Positions 28,071 through 42,631 of a stretch of DNA of 64,000 nt are shown here, one piece after another (positions within the stretch are counted from its first letter, which is position 1; every line of letters begins with the position of its first letter). Origin of the DNA: the human T2T-CHM13v2.0 reference genome, Homo sapiens. A program made the position numbers and the translations under genes. The stretch lies in the NCBI RefSeq assembly GCF_009914755.1, contig NC_060932.1; one strand, written 5' to 3'. Under the pieces are notes generated by a model. The model was not told the DNA's origin. It saw nothing but the letters and a program-made list of their open reading frames with translations, and did not search any database.

Positions 28071-28789
28071 TGCTCTCTTTTCCTGTCCTTAAACTCTTGA
28101 AGCCTATTTTCCTCAACTCTCCATAGGGATCAATGAAACTAGTATTTTCATCTCTCTCAGAGAGAGATCAGCCCTTGAGTGATTGCTATCCCAACAATTA
28201 GCATCGACACTTTTAGTACTTGTTACCCCCAACCCAATTACTGCTCTCCAATGATCCTAAAAGCTAGGAATTAATTTTCTTTCTGTTAATGATAAATCTT
28301 TAATTCTAAAGAGAAACAGTGCTTGCTCATGTGCTCTCACATACTCTTGCCCTCTCTTTCTGTGTAGTTATCTCTCCTGAGGAAAGTTGAATAATTTGAA
28401 GAATACTTTGGGTACCCAACTCTATAATGCACTTACTCCAAATCACGCTCAAAAAAGAAAGTAGTGCTTTTCCCTTGAAATCAATCAAGCAATATCCCAG
28501 GGGTAAGCAGACTCTCCTACAGTAAAGATTGTTCCTACCAACCCCAAGAAACTCAGAAGAGAGGTAGTTTGTATTCTGTCCTCTCATGACTCAATTAATT
28601 AATTAAAGAATTAATTTTAGGATCCTAGGGCCAAACAATCAGTTGCCATTTTTTCACAGGAAGCTTAGGGCCCTCTTAAACAATGAAGATTCCAGGTAGT
28701 CTGCACTGGTAACTCAAAGGGCAGGGAGACTGGCCCCTGTCTCAAGCCCGCACAGCCTAGGGCACTTTTAATATATAAAGTACAATATT

Positions 28790-29192
28790 GTGGGGTGGGA
28801 GGAAGGCAACCATGAGTACGCACCTTACAGATCTCCAATAACAGGGAGCTAACTGACCAAGGAAGGGCCCAGCTGCTGGCCGCTGAAACCATCTGCTGCA
28901 TTTGCGCCAAGGCCACAGCTCCCACATGCTGCTCCCAGCAAATGATGGAGTACAGCAGGATTACCAATGCAGGACTCCTGAGGGCCTTGCCCAGCTACCT
29001 GGGACACTTCCCTCCAACTTTCCTGCCCTCTCTCCATCACTGCGCTCAGACTAGCACCCTAAACTGACATGCATCTCCCTCCTGTCCTTGCCCCTCCTGT
29101 CCCATTTCTCTCTCAGGTGTTTCTCTTACTAAAACGTTTGCATGTTTAATCCTGTCTTGGCATTTGCTTCTCCAATGACCCAGCCTAACACA
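28790..29192 (+). mobile_element. ERVL LTR (LTR16-like); 5' boundary uncertain
   Basis: 3' terminus 'ttgcatgtttaatcctgtcttggcatttgcttctc...gacccagcctaacaca'. Confidence 0.55.
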
Positions 29193-29950
29193 TCTGGATT
29201 AATAACTTACTTAAATTTATATTTTTCTGAAACTAGCAACTTTAAAATTGGTTCTCAAATATTGGGTAAACAAACAGGGAGTTTGTATTGATACTGAGCT
29301 CTTCCTTCTCTATTTCAATTGTCCCTATCTTGAAAAAGATATCAATAAAAAAATTGGGCTTTTAAATAGATGTTTCAAATTAATAACTTCCTTAAAACTA
29401 AAAGATTTTCCTTTAATTACAAATTTACCCCCAGTCCTAATGGGAAGGGAGCAAATCAGGAACTGTTATTTAAAATTAGCTACATATGTGTCTGTCCCTC
29501 TCATTCCACCGTAACCTCCAGGAAGGCTGGCACCTCACTCATCATTTTTACTGAGTACTGGGTTTGTAGCAGGTACTCAAGAAAAACCTGTTGAATGGAG
29601 GCAGGAGATCTGAAACTACAGTGAGGTAGAGAGTAAGGTGGGAAGGGGTTCCCAGATCTCTCTAGTTACATGAAATAAGCGATTGAAATACATGTATTGC
29701 TTTTATTATATAAACCTCAGAAAATAAACTTTGAGTTTCATTTTACAAACCAGAGAAAGTAAAGTTCAACAAAAATCTTAGCTTTAATGAGAATAAGCAA
29801 AAGATAAAGTGAGAAACGTTACAGGGAACTGATTTTAAATGATTGAAGAACTCTGCATTCTATGGGCCTAAAATGATTATCCTGCTTTTTGGCCAAAATA
29901 TCATATATATATTTTTAAACATTTATTATATATTTTATAAGATATGGATA

Positions 29951-30281
29951 CAGATATTCCTCAGTACCCATGGGGGTTGGTTCCAGGCCTCCCTATAGAC
30001 ACAAAATCAGCAGATGCTCAAGTCTCTTATATAAAATGCCATAGTATTTAAATATAACCTAGCACATCCTCTGGTATACTTTAAAGCAGCTCTGGATTAC
30101 TTATAATATCTAATACAATGTAAACACTATGTAAATAGTTGTTATACTGTATTGTTTAGGAAATAAAGACAAGAAAATGTATCTGTACATGTTTGGTATA
30201 GACAATTTTTTTCCAGATATTTTCAGTCAGTGGTTGGTTGAACCCACAGGTGCAGAACCCATGGATACACAGGGCCAATTG
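29951..30281. mobile_element. MER2 (TcMar-Tigger MITE)
   Basis: MER2 body ('gatgctcaagtctcttatataaaatg...gtaaatagttgttatactgtattgtttagg'), imperfect TIRs, TA on both sides. Confidence 0.88.
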
Positions 30282-31719
30282 TATATAGATTTCCTTGTAT
30301 TGATAAATTTCACTATACTCTAGATTTACTCAAAGTTCATTATTTATACCTGTCAACAGATATATTTCTTCTTAGTAAACAAAAGGAAAATCCTACATCT
30401 TCCTACTGTATCAGGTAAAGAAGTTTCTTTAAAACAAAATATTGATATACTTAGGTGACAGTGGGAAGTCCGACATTTATTAAACTTGGTAGCAGTAAAT
30501 GGAAATAGAGTTTGAGAGTTTGATCATTATAATCCACAATGCTTGATTCCCTCATCATCATTTTTTTTAAAAGCAACTTATCTCACCAACTGCTGGCACA
30601 CTGTATTTATGATGATTAAATTCCTACTATAGCAATGAAAACAAGTATATTAGTAGATACCCCAAACAATGAAGCCTTAAGTAGTATTTCCCATAATAGA
30701 TTAATACATCTAAATTATATCTTGTCATTGGGGGATTTTTGCTGTGCATTAATGGATTTAAAACCTAATTAACTTTCCCACACTGTTTAAGAACCTCACA
30801 ATAACACTGGCGTGGGATCATGTACTTTTAAGTACATTCAGTGAACCATAAAAGGTGGAAAATATCCTACATACCAGAGTCAGAAAAGGCAGAAAACATC
30901 TTTCTTCTTCCTCTTTTCATTATTTTCCCCAGCAAGTGCTCCAAGTGAGGTGGAATTAAAGAATAAAGGTATACTTAAAACAACCTATGGCAATTTAAAA
31001 TGATTAATTCCAGGTCTTTTAACATATACAATGGTCTAATGGAAATTTTATGTAGAATAAGTCCTATAGAATTGCAAGTTGGTATTAAACTGACACTAGA
31101 AGTCTAACTTTTGCCCTACAGACTTAGGAAAAAAAAAAAAAAGCACAGTTCTTCACATTTCAAATTGTTAACATGTCAGTTTCCTATGAGACAACCAAAC
31201 AACAAATACAAATTGAGATGCCTATGAGGGTCAGGGTATGATAAAATGTTTCACAACCATGCCACAGTAGAAGGAAATAATCCTAAATAACTTAACATGT
31301 ATTTATACGAAAAACATTAGAAAAGCAAATAATTCCAAGTAGTTAAACAGAAGTAATGAATACGTGAAAATTTTCAATTAAAGGTTAAAGAAAACTAAGA
31401 GGCCTATAATTTTAGAAAGTCTGACAAATCTGGCAATGGGAGAAAATAATAATTTTCTAGAGAAGATACTTTTGATTTAATATAGAAAGAAATGAAACGT
31501 TAATTACAAAACGTGAACAGGCAGGAAAGGCACATTTATTCCTCTTCCAAAGGTACTGTTTTCCTGGTTAACTGTTAGAAACCACTTGGACAAATGCAGG
31601 ACTTCTCAAACAATTGCTATAAGCTCTAAGTTCCATTATAAATGATTTTTGGCAACAAAATGTGGCACCCATATTACAAATAAGCAATCTCTCATGCTAC
31701 AGCATTTTCTTTCTTTTTT

Positions 31720-31880
31720 TCATCTGACAAATATTCATGAGTCCCCAGAACATAATTAAGCACTGTTCCAGGGCTAGGGATAAAGCATGAACAGAGTAAT
31801 CTAAAATCCCTGCTGACGTGGAGCTTGTTTTCTAGGTGAGACAAATGATATGCAAGAAAGTAAAAGGTCTAATATGTATG
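31720..31880 (-). mobile_element. L2 3'-end fragment
   Basis: 'acaaatattcatgag...gcactgttccagggctagggata...tccctgctgacgtggagctt'. Confidence 0.65.
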
Positions 31881-32083
31881 TGCCACCACTGCCACTGTCA
31901 TTCTGCCAGAATATTGTCCTTTGGTTCAGTGCTATTGGGTGTGGTTTAAATAAAATTATAATGTGACAAAGGCCTTTTTTTTTACTTGTTTTTAGAAAGA
32001 CAAAGGCTTTTTGATATTTCAGATAAACCCTCTTGGTTGAGTTTTAAAGTAGATCTATCATACAAAGATTATCAAGATATAAA

Positions 32084-32586
32084 CCAGGCATCACCAACTT
32101 TTTTCTTTTTTTTTCTTTTACATATTTTAGACTTTACAGACCACCTGTGCTCTGTGTCGCCTATTCTTCATTTCTTTTAAGCCGTTAAAAAGGCAGGCCA
32201 GGCACAGTAACTCATGCCTGTAATCTCAGGACTTTGGGAGGCTGAAGGTGGGAGAATCGCTTGAGCTCAGGAGTTTGAGACCTGCCTGGGTAACACAGTG
32301 AGACACCATCTCTACAAAAAATAAAAATAATTAGCTGGGCATGGCTGCATATGCCTGTAGTCCCAGCCAGCTACTCTAGAGCCTGAGGCAGGAGGACTGC
32401 TTGTGCCCAGAAGTTCAAGGCCGCAGTGAGCTACCTTTGCGTCACTGCACTCCAGCTTGAGCGACAGAACCAGACCCTATCTCTATTTGGAAAAAAAAAA
32501 AAAGTAAAACCATTCTTATGTTACAGGCCACAGAAAAACAGATCAGGGGCTGAATTTGGCCTGCAGCCATAGTTTACCAACCTCTG
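32084..32586. mobile_element. MER58-like hAT MITE interrupted by AluJ
   Basis: 'cattttagactttacagacc...ctctgt' precedes the Alu and 'aaaaccattctt...tttggcctgcagccatagtttaccaacctctg' follows it. Confidence 0.7.
32196..32503 (+). mobile_element. AluJ, 450 bp downstream of the ZNF704 exon and antisense to the gene
   Basis: Full dimer with J-type 'gagttcaaggc' motif and A tail. Confidence 0.92.
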
Positions 32587-32951
32587 ACCAAAGATCTGTG
32601 TACACTTGCTTTGAAGTGGCTACAGTCCTACTTAATGTATGCTCAGTCCTCTATATGATGTTTCATCCTAATTTTTTGCATTTATTCCTTTGCTCTTTAT
32701 TATTCATTTATTAAAATTGAATAAAACATTTCTTTTCTAGAGCTACAATAGTTCCAACTACAGCAGCCTCAAAGTCAGTTATGAAGAGTAAGGCCACCTG
32801 CTCTATTTCACACAAGCAATAGAAAAAATTTCTTGGCAGAAAACCTTTCATATGTCTATATACTGAAGAGAGTCTGTACACTGGCAGAGATTATGCATGC
32901 TCTCCACCAACTTCCTGGGGCAGACACATGTGAGATTTAATGTTCCCTTAC

Positions 32952-33172
32952 CTTGCTGGAGGAACATCAATGTTGGAGGAAACAACTTTTCTTTTTTGCT
33001 CAAGGAGACAGATGGAGCGAGTGTTTTCTTTTTCATGGTCAAGGATCCGGCTGGCTTTTTTGGTGTCTGCTGTTTTCACATCTTCCTCCATGGCCAAGGA
33101 AAACACGTGTTGATGAGACATTTTTTTACCACAGTCACGTTTTAAGTCCTCTGACTGAAATGTGAAGGTCAT
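32952..33172 (-). CDS. ZNF704: First coding exon (partial CDS, 221 nt, 73 codons plus 2 nt) of zinc finger protein 704
   Basis: Translation [74 protein letters not shown] matches the ZNF704 N-terminus as I recall it. ATG at 33172-33170 has G at -3. Donor AAG|GTAAGG at 32952/32951 is phase 2. Confidence 0.93.
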
Positions 33173-33193
33173 TTCCCGCTTAATGCTCCCCAC
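33173..33193 (-). other. ZNF704: 21-nt 5'UTR part of the same exon (whole exon 33193->32952, 242 nt)
   Basis: Acceptor tctgtgtttcatttcacAG|GTG at 33194/33193. The 21 nt are open and in frame with the ATG (VGSIKRE). Confidence 0.88.
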
Positions 33194-34782
33194 CTGTGAA
33201 ATGAAACACAGAAATTCTTACTCACATAAAACATCACCTTTGTACGACTACTGCAGATGGCGGTGAGGAGAGATTACAGACACTGTCCTTCCTGTTCATC
33301 TGAAAGATTGTATAATTTTAATAAGAAAAATGCAACATAGAAATAAAATAACTTCACAAAATAATATACAATCAATGCATCTGTAATAATGCAAATAAGA
33401 AACATCACAAACACACAAAAAAATGCCTCCCAGGTATACAAAAACAAAGATTTGAAAAGTGTAATACCTCTAATTTTTTAAAATGTAAAACATCATTGTT
33501 TTATCCCCCACAACTAAGAAAATTCAAGTAAACTCTTCAATATTTCAGTCTGATTATCATGTTTAATAGAAGAGAGCTAATGTATAAAATCTAACTTTCT
33601 TTTTGGCTAATAATACTGGTCTTAACCACACTCTGTAGTTCATGAAGAATTATTTCTTATCCTTCATCCCCAACAGTTAAGATTTTTTTATTAATTTATT
33701 TTAATTTTTTAATTATACTTTAAGTTCTAGGGTAAATGTGCACAACGTGCAGGTTTGTTACATATGTATACATGTGCCATGTTGGTGTGCTGCACCCGTT
33801 AACTCATCATTTACATTAGGTATATCTCCTAATGCTATCCCTTCCCCCCCGCCCCCAACCCATGACAGGCCCCGGTGTATGATGTTCCCCACCCTGTGTC
33901 CAAGTGTTCTCATTGTTTAATTCGCACCTATGAGTGAGAACATGTGATGAACTCATCCTTTTTTATGGCTGCATAGTATTCCATGGTGTATATGTGCCAC
34001 AGTTTCTTAATCCAGTCTATCATTGATGGGACATTTGGGTTGGTTCCAACTCTTTGCTATTGTGAATCATGCCAAAATAAACATATGTGTGCATGTGTCT
34101 TTATAGCAGCATGATTTATAATCCTTTGGGTATATACCCAGTAATGGGATGGCTGGGTCATATGGTATTTCTAGTTCTAGATCCCTGAGGAATCGCCACA
34201 CTGACTTCCACAATGGTTGAACTAGTTTACAGTCCCACCAACAGTGTAAAAGTGTTCCTATTTCTCCACATCCTCTCCAGCACCTGTTGTTTCCTGACTT
34301 TTTAATGATTGCCATTCTAACTGGTGTGAGATGGTATCTCATTGTGGTTTCGATTTGCATTTCTCTGATGACCAGTGATGATGAGCATTTTTTCATGTGT
34401 CTGTTGGCTGCACAAATGTCTTCTTTTGAGAAGTGTCTGTTCATATCCTTTGCCTACTTTTTGATGGGGTTGTTTGATGTTTTCTTGTAAATTTGTTTAA
34501 GATCTTTGTAGATTCTGGATATTAGCCCATTGTCAGGATGGAAGTTCCAAAATGGCCAAATATAGGAACAGCTCCAGTCTACAGCTCCCAGCCTGAGTGA
34601 TGCAGAAGACAGGGGATTTCTGCATTGCCAACTGAGGTACCAGGTTCATCTCAATGGGGCTTGTCACACAGTGAGTGCAGCCCACAGAGCAGGGTGGGGC
34701 ATCGCCTCATCCGGGAAGTGCAAAGGGTCAGGGAATTCCCTTTCCTAGCCAAGGGAAGCCGTGACAGATGGTACCTGGAAAA

Positions 34783-34965
34783 TCAGGACACTCTCACCCT
34801 AACACTGCGCTTTTCCAATGGCCTTAGCAAACAGCACACCAGGAGACTATATCCCGTGCCTGGCTCGGAGGGTCCCACACCCACGAAGTCTTGCTCACTG
34901 CAAGGACAGCAGTCTGAGATCAAACTGCAAGGCGGCAGCAAGGCTGGGGGAGGGGCATCAGCCAC
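34783..34965 (-). pseudogene. L1 ORF0 homologue (60 codons, start is GTG instead of ATG)
   Basis: VADAPPPALLPPCSLISDCC...VGVGPSEPG.GYSLLV...EKRSVRV aligns with L1 ORF0 (MAGAPPPASLPPCSLISDCC...). Confidence 0.8.
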
Positions 34966-35140
34966 TGCTGAGGCTTGAGTAGGTAAGCACAACGGCTGGG
35001 AAGCTCGAACCTGGTGGAGCCCACTGCAGCTCAAGGAAGCCTGCCTGCCTCTGTAGACTCCACCTCTGGGGGTAGGGCACAGCTGAACAAAAGGCAGCAG
35101 CAACTTCTGCAGACTTACACGTCCCTGTCTGACAGCTTTG
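34900..35140 (-). promoter_or_regulatory. Region homologous to the L1 antisense promoter; activity unknown
   Basis: Corresponds to about nt 370-600 of the L1 5'UTR that starts at 34537. Assignment is positional only, and many CpGs have decayed. Confidence 0.5.
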
Positions 35141-37676
35141 AAGAGAGTAGTGGTGCTCCCAGCACGGAGTGTGAGATCTGCAAACGTACAGTCTGCCTCC
35201 TTAAGTGGGTCCCTGACCACCGAGTAGCCTAACTGGGAGGTACCTCCCAGTAGGGGCTGACTGAAACCTCATACAGCTGGGTGCCCCTCTGAGACGAAGC
35301 TTCCAGAGGAAGGATCAGGCAGCAACATTTGCCATTCTGTAATATTTGCTGTTCTGCAGCCTCCGCTGGTGATACCCAGGCAAACAGGGTCTGAAGTGGA
35401 CCTCCAGCAAACTCCAACAGACCTGCAGCTGAGAGTCCTGACTGTTAGAAGGAAAACTAACAAACAGAAAGGACATCCACACCAAAACCCCATCTGTACG
35501 TCACCATCATCAAAGACCAAAGGTAGATAAAAACCACAAAGGTGGGGAGAAACCAGAGCAGAAAAGCTGAAAATTCTAAAAATCAGAGCACCTCTTCTCC
35601 TCCAAAGAAATGCACCTCCTCGCCAGCAACAGAACAAAGCTGGATGGAGAATGACTTTAACGAGTTGAGAGAAGGCTTCAGATGATTGGTAGTAACAAAC
35701 TTCTCCGAGCTAAAGGAGGATGTTCGAACCCATTGCAAAGAAGCTAAAAACCTTGAAAAAAGATTAGACGAACGGCTAACTAGAATAAACAGTGTAAAGA
35801 AGACCTTAAATGACCTGATGGAGCTGAAAACCATGGCACGAGAACTACGTGACGCATGCACAAGCTTCAGTAGCCGATTTGATCAAGTGGAAAAAAGGGT
35901 ATCAGTGATTGAAGCTCAAATGAATGAAATGAAGTGAGAAGAGAAGTTTAGAGAAAAAAGAGTAAAAAGAAACAAACAAAGCCTCCAAGAAATATGGGAC
36001 TATGTGAAAAGACCAAATCTATGTCTGACTGGTGTACCCGAAAATGACGGGGAGAATGGAACCAAGTTGGAAAACACACTGCAGGATATTATCCAGAACT
36101 TCCCCAACCTAGCAAGGCAGGCCAACATTCAAATTCAAGAAATACAGAGAACGCCACAAAGATACTCCTTGAGAAGAGCAACTCCAAGACACATAATTGT
36201 CAGATTCACCAAAGCTGAAATGAAGGAAAAAATGTTAAGGGCAGCCAGAGAGAAAAGTTGGGTTACCCACAAAGGGAAGCCCATCAGACTAACAGTGTAT
36301 CTCTCGGCAGAAACTCTAAAAGCCAGAAGAGAGTGGGAGCCAATATCCAACATTGTTAAAGAAAAGAATTTTCAACCCAGAATTTCATATTCAGCCAAAC
36401 TAAGCTTCATAAGTGAAGGGGAAATAAAATCCTTTACAAACAAACAAATGCTGAGAGATTTTGTCACCACCAGGCCTGCCCTAAAAGAGCTCCTGAAGGA
36501 AGCACTAAACATGGAAAGGAACAACTGGTACCAGCCACTGCAAAAACATGCCAAATTGTAAAGACCATCGAGGCTAGGAAGAAACCGCATCAACTAATGA
36601 GCAAAATAACCAGCTAACATCATAATGACAGGATCAAATTCACACATAACAATATTAACCTTTAATGTAAATGGGCTAAATGCTCCAATTAAAGGACACA
36701 GACTGGCAAATTGGATAAAGAGTCAAGATCCATCAGTGTGCTGTATTCAGGAGACCCATCTCACGTGCAGAGACACACATAGGCTCAAAATAAAGGGATG
36801 GAGGAAGATCTACCAAGCAAATGGAAAACAAAAAAAAAGCAGGGGTTGCAATCCTAGTCTCTGATAAAACAGACTTTAAACCAACAAAGAACAAAAGAGA
36901 CAAGGAAGGCCATTACATAATGGTAAAGGGATCAATTCAACAAGAAGAGCTAACTATCCTAAATATTTATATACCCAATACAGGAGCACCCAGATTCATA
37001 AAGCAAGTCCTTAGAGACTTACAAAGAGACTTAGACTCCCACACAATAATAATGGGAGACTTTAACACCCCACTGTCAATGTTAGACAGATCAACAAGAC
37101 AGAAAGTTAACAAGGATATTCAGGAATTGAACTCAGCTCTGCACCAAGCAGACCTAATAGACATCTACAGAACTCTCCACCCCAAATCAACAGAATATAC
37201 ACTCTTCTCAGCACCACACTGCACTTATTCCGAAATTGACCACATAGTTGGAAGTAAAGCACTCCTCAGCAAATGTAAAAGAACAGAAATTATAACAAAC
37301 TGTCTCTCAGACCACAGTGCAATCAAACTAGAACTCAGGATTAAGAAACTCACTCAAAACCACTCAACTACATGGAAACTGAACACCCTGCTCCTGAATG
37401 ACTACTGGGTACATCACGAAATGAAGGGAGAAATAAAGATGTTCTTTGAAACCAATGAGAACAAAGACACCACATACAAGAACCTCTGGGACACATTTAA
37501 AGCAGTGTCTGGAGGGAAATTTATTGCACTAAATGCCAACAAGAGAAAGAAGGAAAGATCTAAAATTGACACCCTAACATCACAATTAAAAGAACTAGAG
37601 AAGCAAGAGCAAACACATCCAAAAGCTAGCAGAAGGCAAGAAATAACTAAGATCAGAGCAGAACTGAAAGAAATAG

Positions 37677-37919
<243 letters not shown>

Positions 37920-38002
37920 TAACTGGACACATATACCCTCCCAAGACTAAACCAGGAAGAAGTTGAATCCCTGAATAGACCAATAACAGGCTCTGAAATT
38001 GA

Positions 38003-38878
<876 letters not shown>

Positions 38879-41800
38879 TGAGTGAATTCCCATTCACAAT
38901 TACTTCAAAGAGAATAAAATATCTAGGAATCCAACTTACAAGGGATGTGAAGGACCTCTTCAAGGAGAGTTACAAACCACTGCTCAACAAAATAGAAGAG
39001 GACACAAACAAATGGAAGAATATTCCATGCTCATGGATAGGAAGAATCAATATCATGAAAATGGCCATACTGCCCAAGGTAATTTATAGATTCAATGCCA
39101 TCCCTATCAAGCTACCAAGACTTTCTTCACAGAATTGGAAAAAAACTACTTTAAAGTTCATATGGAACCAAAAAAGAGCCCACATTGCCAAGTCAATCCT
39201 AAGCCAAAAGAACAAGGCTGGAGGCATCACGCTACCTGACTTCAAACTATACTACAAGGCTACAGTAACCAGAACAGCATGGTGCTGGTACCAAAACAGA
39301 GATATAGACCAATGGAACAGAACAGAGCCCTCAGAAATAATACCACACATCTACAACCATCTGATCTTTGACAAAACTGACAAAAGCAAGAAATGGGGAA
39401 AGGATTCCCTATTTAGTAAATGGTGCTGGGAAAACTGGCTAGCCATATGTAGAAAGCTGAAACTGGATCCCTTCCTTACACCTTATACAAAAATTATTTC
39501 AAGATGGATTAAAGACTTCAATGTTAGACCTAAAACCATAAAAACCCTAGAAGAAAACCTAGGCAATACGATTCAGGACATAGGCATGGGCAAGGACTTC
39601 ATGACTAAAACACCAAAAGCAAGAAAATTTTGGCAACAAAAGCCATAATTGACAAATGGGATCTAACTAAACTAAAGAGCTTCTGCAGAGCAAAAGAAAC
39701 TACCATCAGAGTGAACAGGCAACCTACAGAATGGGAGAAAATTTTTACAATCTACTCAGCAGTTAAGATTTTAACAAAATCCCTTCTAAGGCCCTATGAT
39801 AAAGAAGTCAGAATAATTTTTCCTATCACTTGTAACAAAATGTAATGATGATTATGGTGGGAGACAAATATAAAATTAAACCTTAATGAACTGAATCTTG
39901 TTACTTCAGACTTTGTGAAACTGAAAAAGGAGACTGAAGCTAAAGAAAGGTTTCTGTAAGGTAATTGGTACTGTAAATGAGGACTGGAGAAAACCAGTTA
40001 AAGTCCTATTGTACAAAGATGAGTCTATCTGGTAATCTGGAGCCTCACTAATCAGTGGGGTGTATTTCAAAATATGCACAATCATGAGACATTTCATGGG
40101 CCTGTGATACAATCCATTTCCTCCAGTGGGGTCATCTGTGAAGTCAGTAAATCTTCACTCTCCCATTTAAATAGAATACATGCTTGTTTCTTTTTAATTT
40201 TCGGTAGGAGAAAAAGCACAAAGGCTTTAATCAAATAGATTTAGATTTATAGAATCTAAGGCCATAAGCATAAATCATTTTCAGAATACAAGGAGAATAT
40301 GTGTGTTTGATAATAGCAGAGACTGGTAAAGGAAGGTATTAACGACTAGAAATTCTCAGACTAAAGGAAAACTGAAATACATGCATGCTGAAGTCACTGC
40401 ATCTGCCCCAACATGAGACTTTCCAGAGTCCAGGGATGACTTGGGCCTTGGAATCCACTTGGCTGGCATGGATCTTTCCTATGACACATAGAGCACTACA
40501 CAGAGCTCCATTCTCATCTTGGCCTCTCCTACCAGGAAGAAAAGAAGATTCTCTTCCCATAGTTTTCCTGTCAGACATATACCCAGCTCCACAGGAAGAT
40601 TGTCACCCACTTTGGTTTACTTGTAACTCATTAAAAACTCACAATATTTCTTAGACTGTATTAATGAAATCAAATAAAGATAAAAGAAAATCTAGTGTCT
40701 GTTTTTAAGTGTTCACTGTTTTAATGACATCAATATGCAATAGAAAGACATAAAATATTTCAGACTTCCACAAATGAAATAAATGATAAAAATGTGTTTA
40801 GAAAATCAACAGATGTAAGGACAAGTATGTTAAACATCCATCACTAGTCAATGCACTGCGTAACTCTCTCTGCCTGGAGGTGGGGGGAGAGGGGAGAGTT
40901 TTTCACTTCTCCACCAGTCCATTCCTAACCTATGTTACAACAAGAAAACTCTAAACAACAGGGATAAAAAAAGAAAACAAAGGCCTAGTTTTGATGATTA
41001 TAAATTGCTTCTAAGTGTCAAGTATTACGTTAATTAAATATTTAAGTCTTCACAGTATTAAGTTGAAACAAAAATTGACATCCATGCCTCCCTTGGGGCC
41101 AAATGGATTGATTAAATGAATTCTATCCAAAGTTTAAAGGAAGGAAACAACATTACAGGAAGTCTAGCTTTTAGCTTCAAAAATTTAGGAAAAAAAAACC
41201 TGAAGCAAATTAATGCAAATAGAATACATTTCCTATAGAAATACTGTTATAACTGTATGTCATGCATGCTCTTAGCCAAGGCTTCATAATAAAATATAGT
41301 AATATACAACAAAGCAAGCTATAAATCTTCTATAATACTTTCTAAGTAAAAAAATTAATCTCTCAATAGTAATCAGAGAAATTTAGCAATGTAACGGATT
41401 TTAAAGAAAATTTAGCCCAGACTTCTTATTTAAAAGTAGAATTAAAATGATCAAAAAGGACCAAAATAACTGTAAAGATAAGTAAAATATTTTGGACACT
41501 ATGAATCATGGGTTCCACCATTTGTAATGCTAGCGGAAGGGGCAGATGGCAGATGTAGATACTCATTATATCACTATGCTTTAAAGCATGTATATATGTA
41601 TCACATGTTCTTTTTAATGTCTTTTATTCATATCAATTATTATATTTAAGACACACAAAAAAAACAAAAAATGAGAGCTCACAGGAGAGGAGAGAGTAGA
41701 AAGCATATATAACGTCGAGTCTTAAGAAGCTGGGCTCGGAAATGGCCCAGAGAAATAGGGTGGTGGCTGGAGGGGATGATGGACGAGAGAGAATTTTAAG

Positions 41801-41964
41801 ACAGGAGGTAAAAGAGTATGTTTGTACACTGAGGCAGAATGGAAAGGAAGGGATAAGCAAGGACTGGCAGCAGCAGTAGAAGGTGACAAGGCTCATCCAG
41901 TTATTGCAAATGAGCACTGACTGGAACCTACATTAGCTTAACAGAAGAAAGAAGCAAAAGGAAA

Positions 41965-42222
41965 ATATAATTCCATTCATATGAGATTTCCAGAAAAGGC
42001 AAATCTACAGAGATAGAAAGCAGATCAGTGATTTCCTGGGGCTGGGGTGGGAGCAGGAACTAACTGCAAATGGGCATGAGAGAACTTTTTGGGGTGATGG
42101 AAATGTCCTAGGACTAGACTGTAGTGATATCTGTATGAGTAGTAAGTTTACTTAAAATTATTGAATTGTATCTTACAATGGGAGGAATGTTGTGGCATTT
42201 AAATTATACCACAATAGAGCTG
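41965..42222 (+). mobile_element. L1M (L1MB/ME-like) 3' end followed by (GGAA)n at 42223-42266
   Basis: 'ggcaaatctacagagatagaaagcagatcagtg...tttttggggtgatggaaatgtcct...aattataccacaata'. Confidence 0.8.
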
Positions 42223-42281
42223 AGGAAGGAAGGATGGAAGGATGGACGGAAGGAAGGAAGGAAGGAAACCAGAGTAACTAA

Positions 42282-42631
<350 letters not shown>

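Noticed and set aside
33935-33955. About 75-nt gap in the L1 3' arm as a spliced intron
   Set aside because: No GT-AG boundaries; the flanking 'catg/atg' repeat points to a microhomology deletion.
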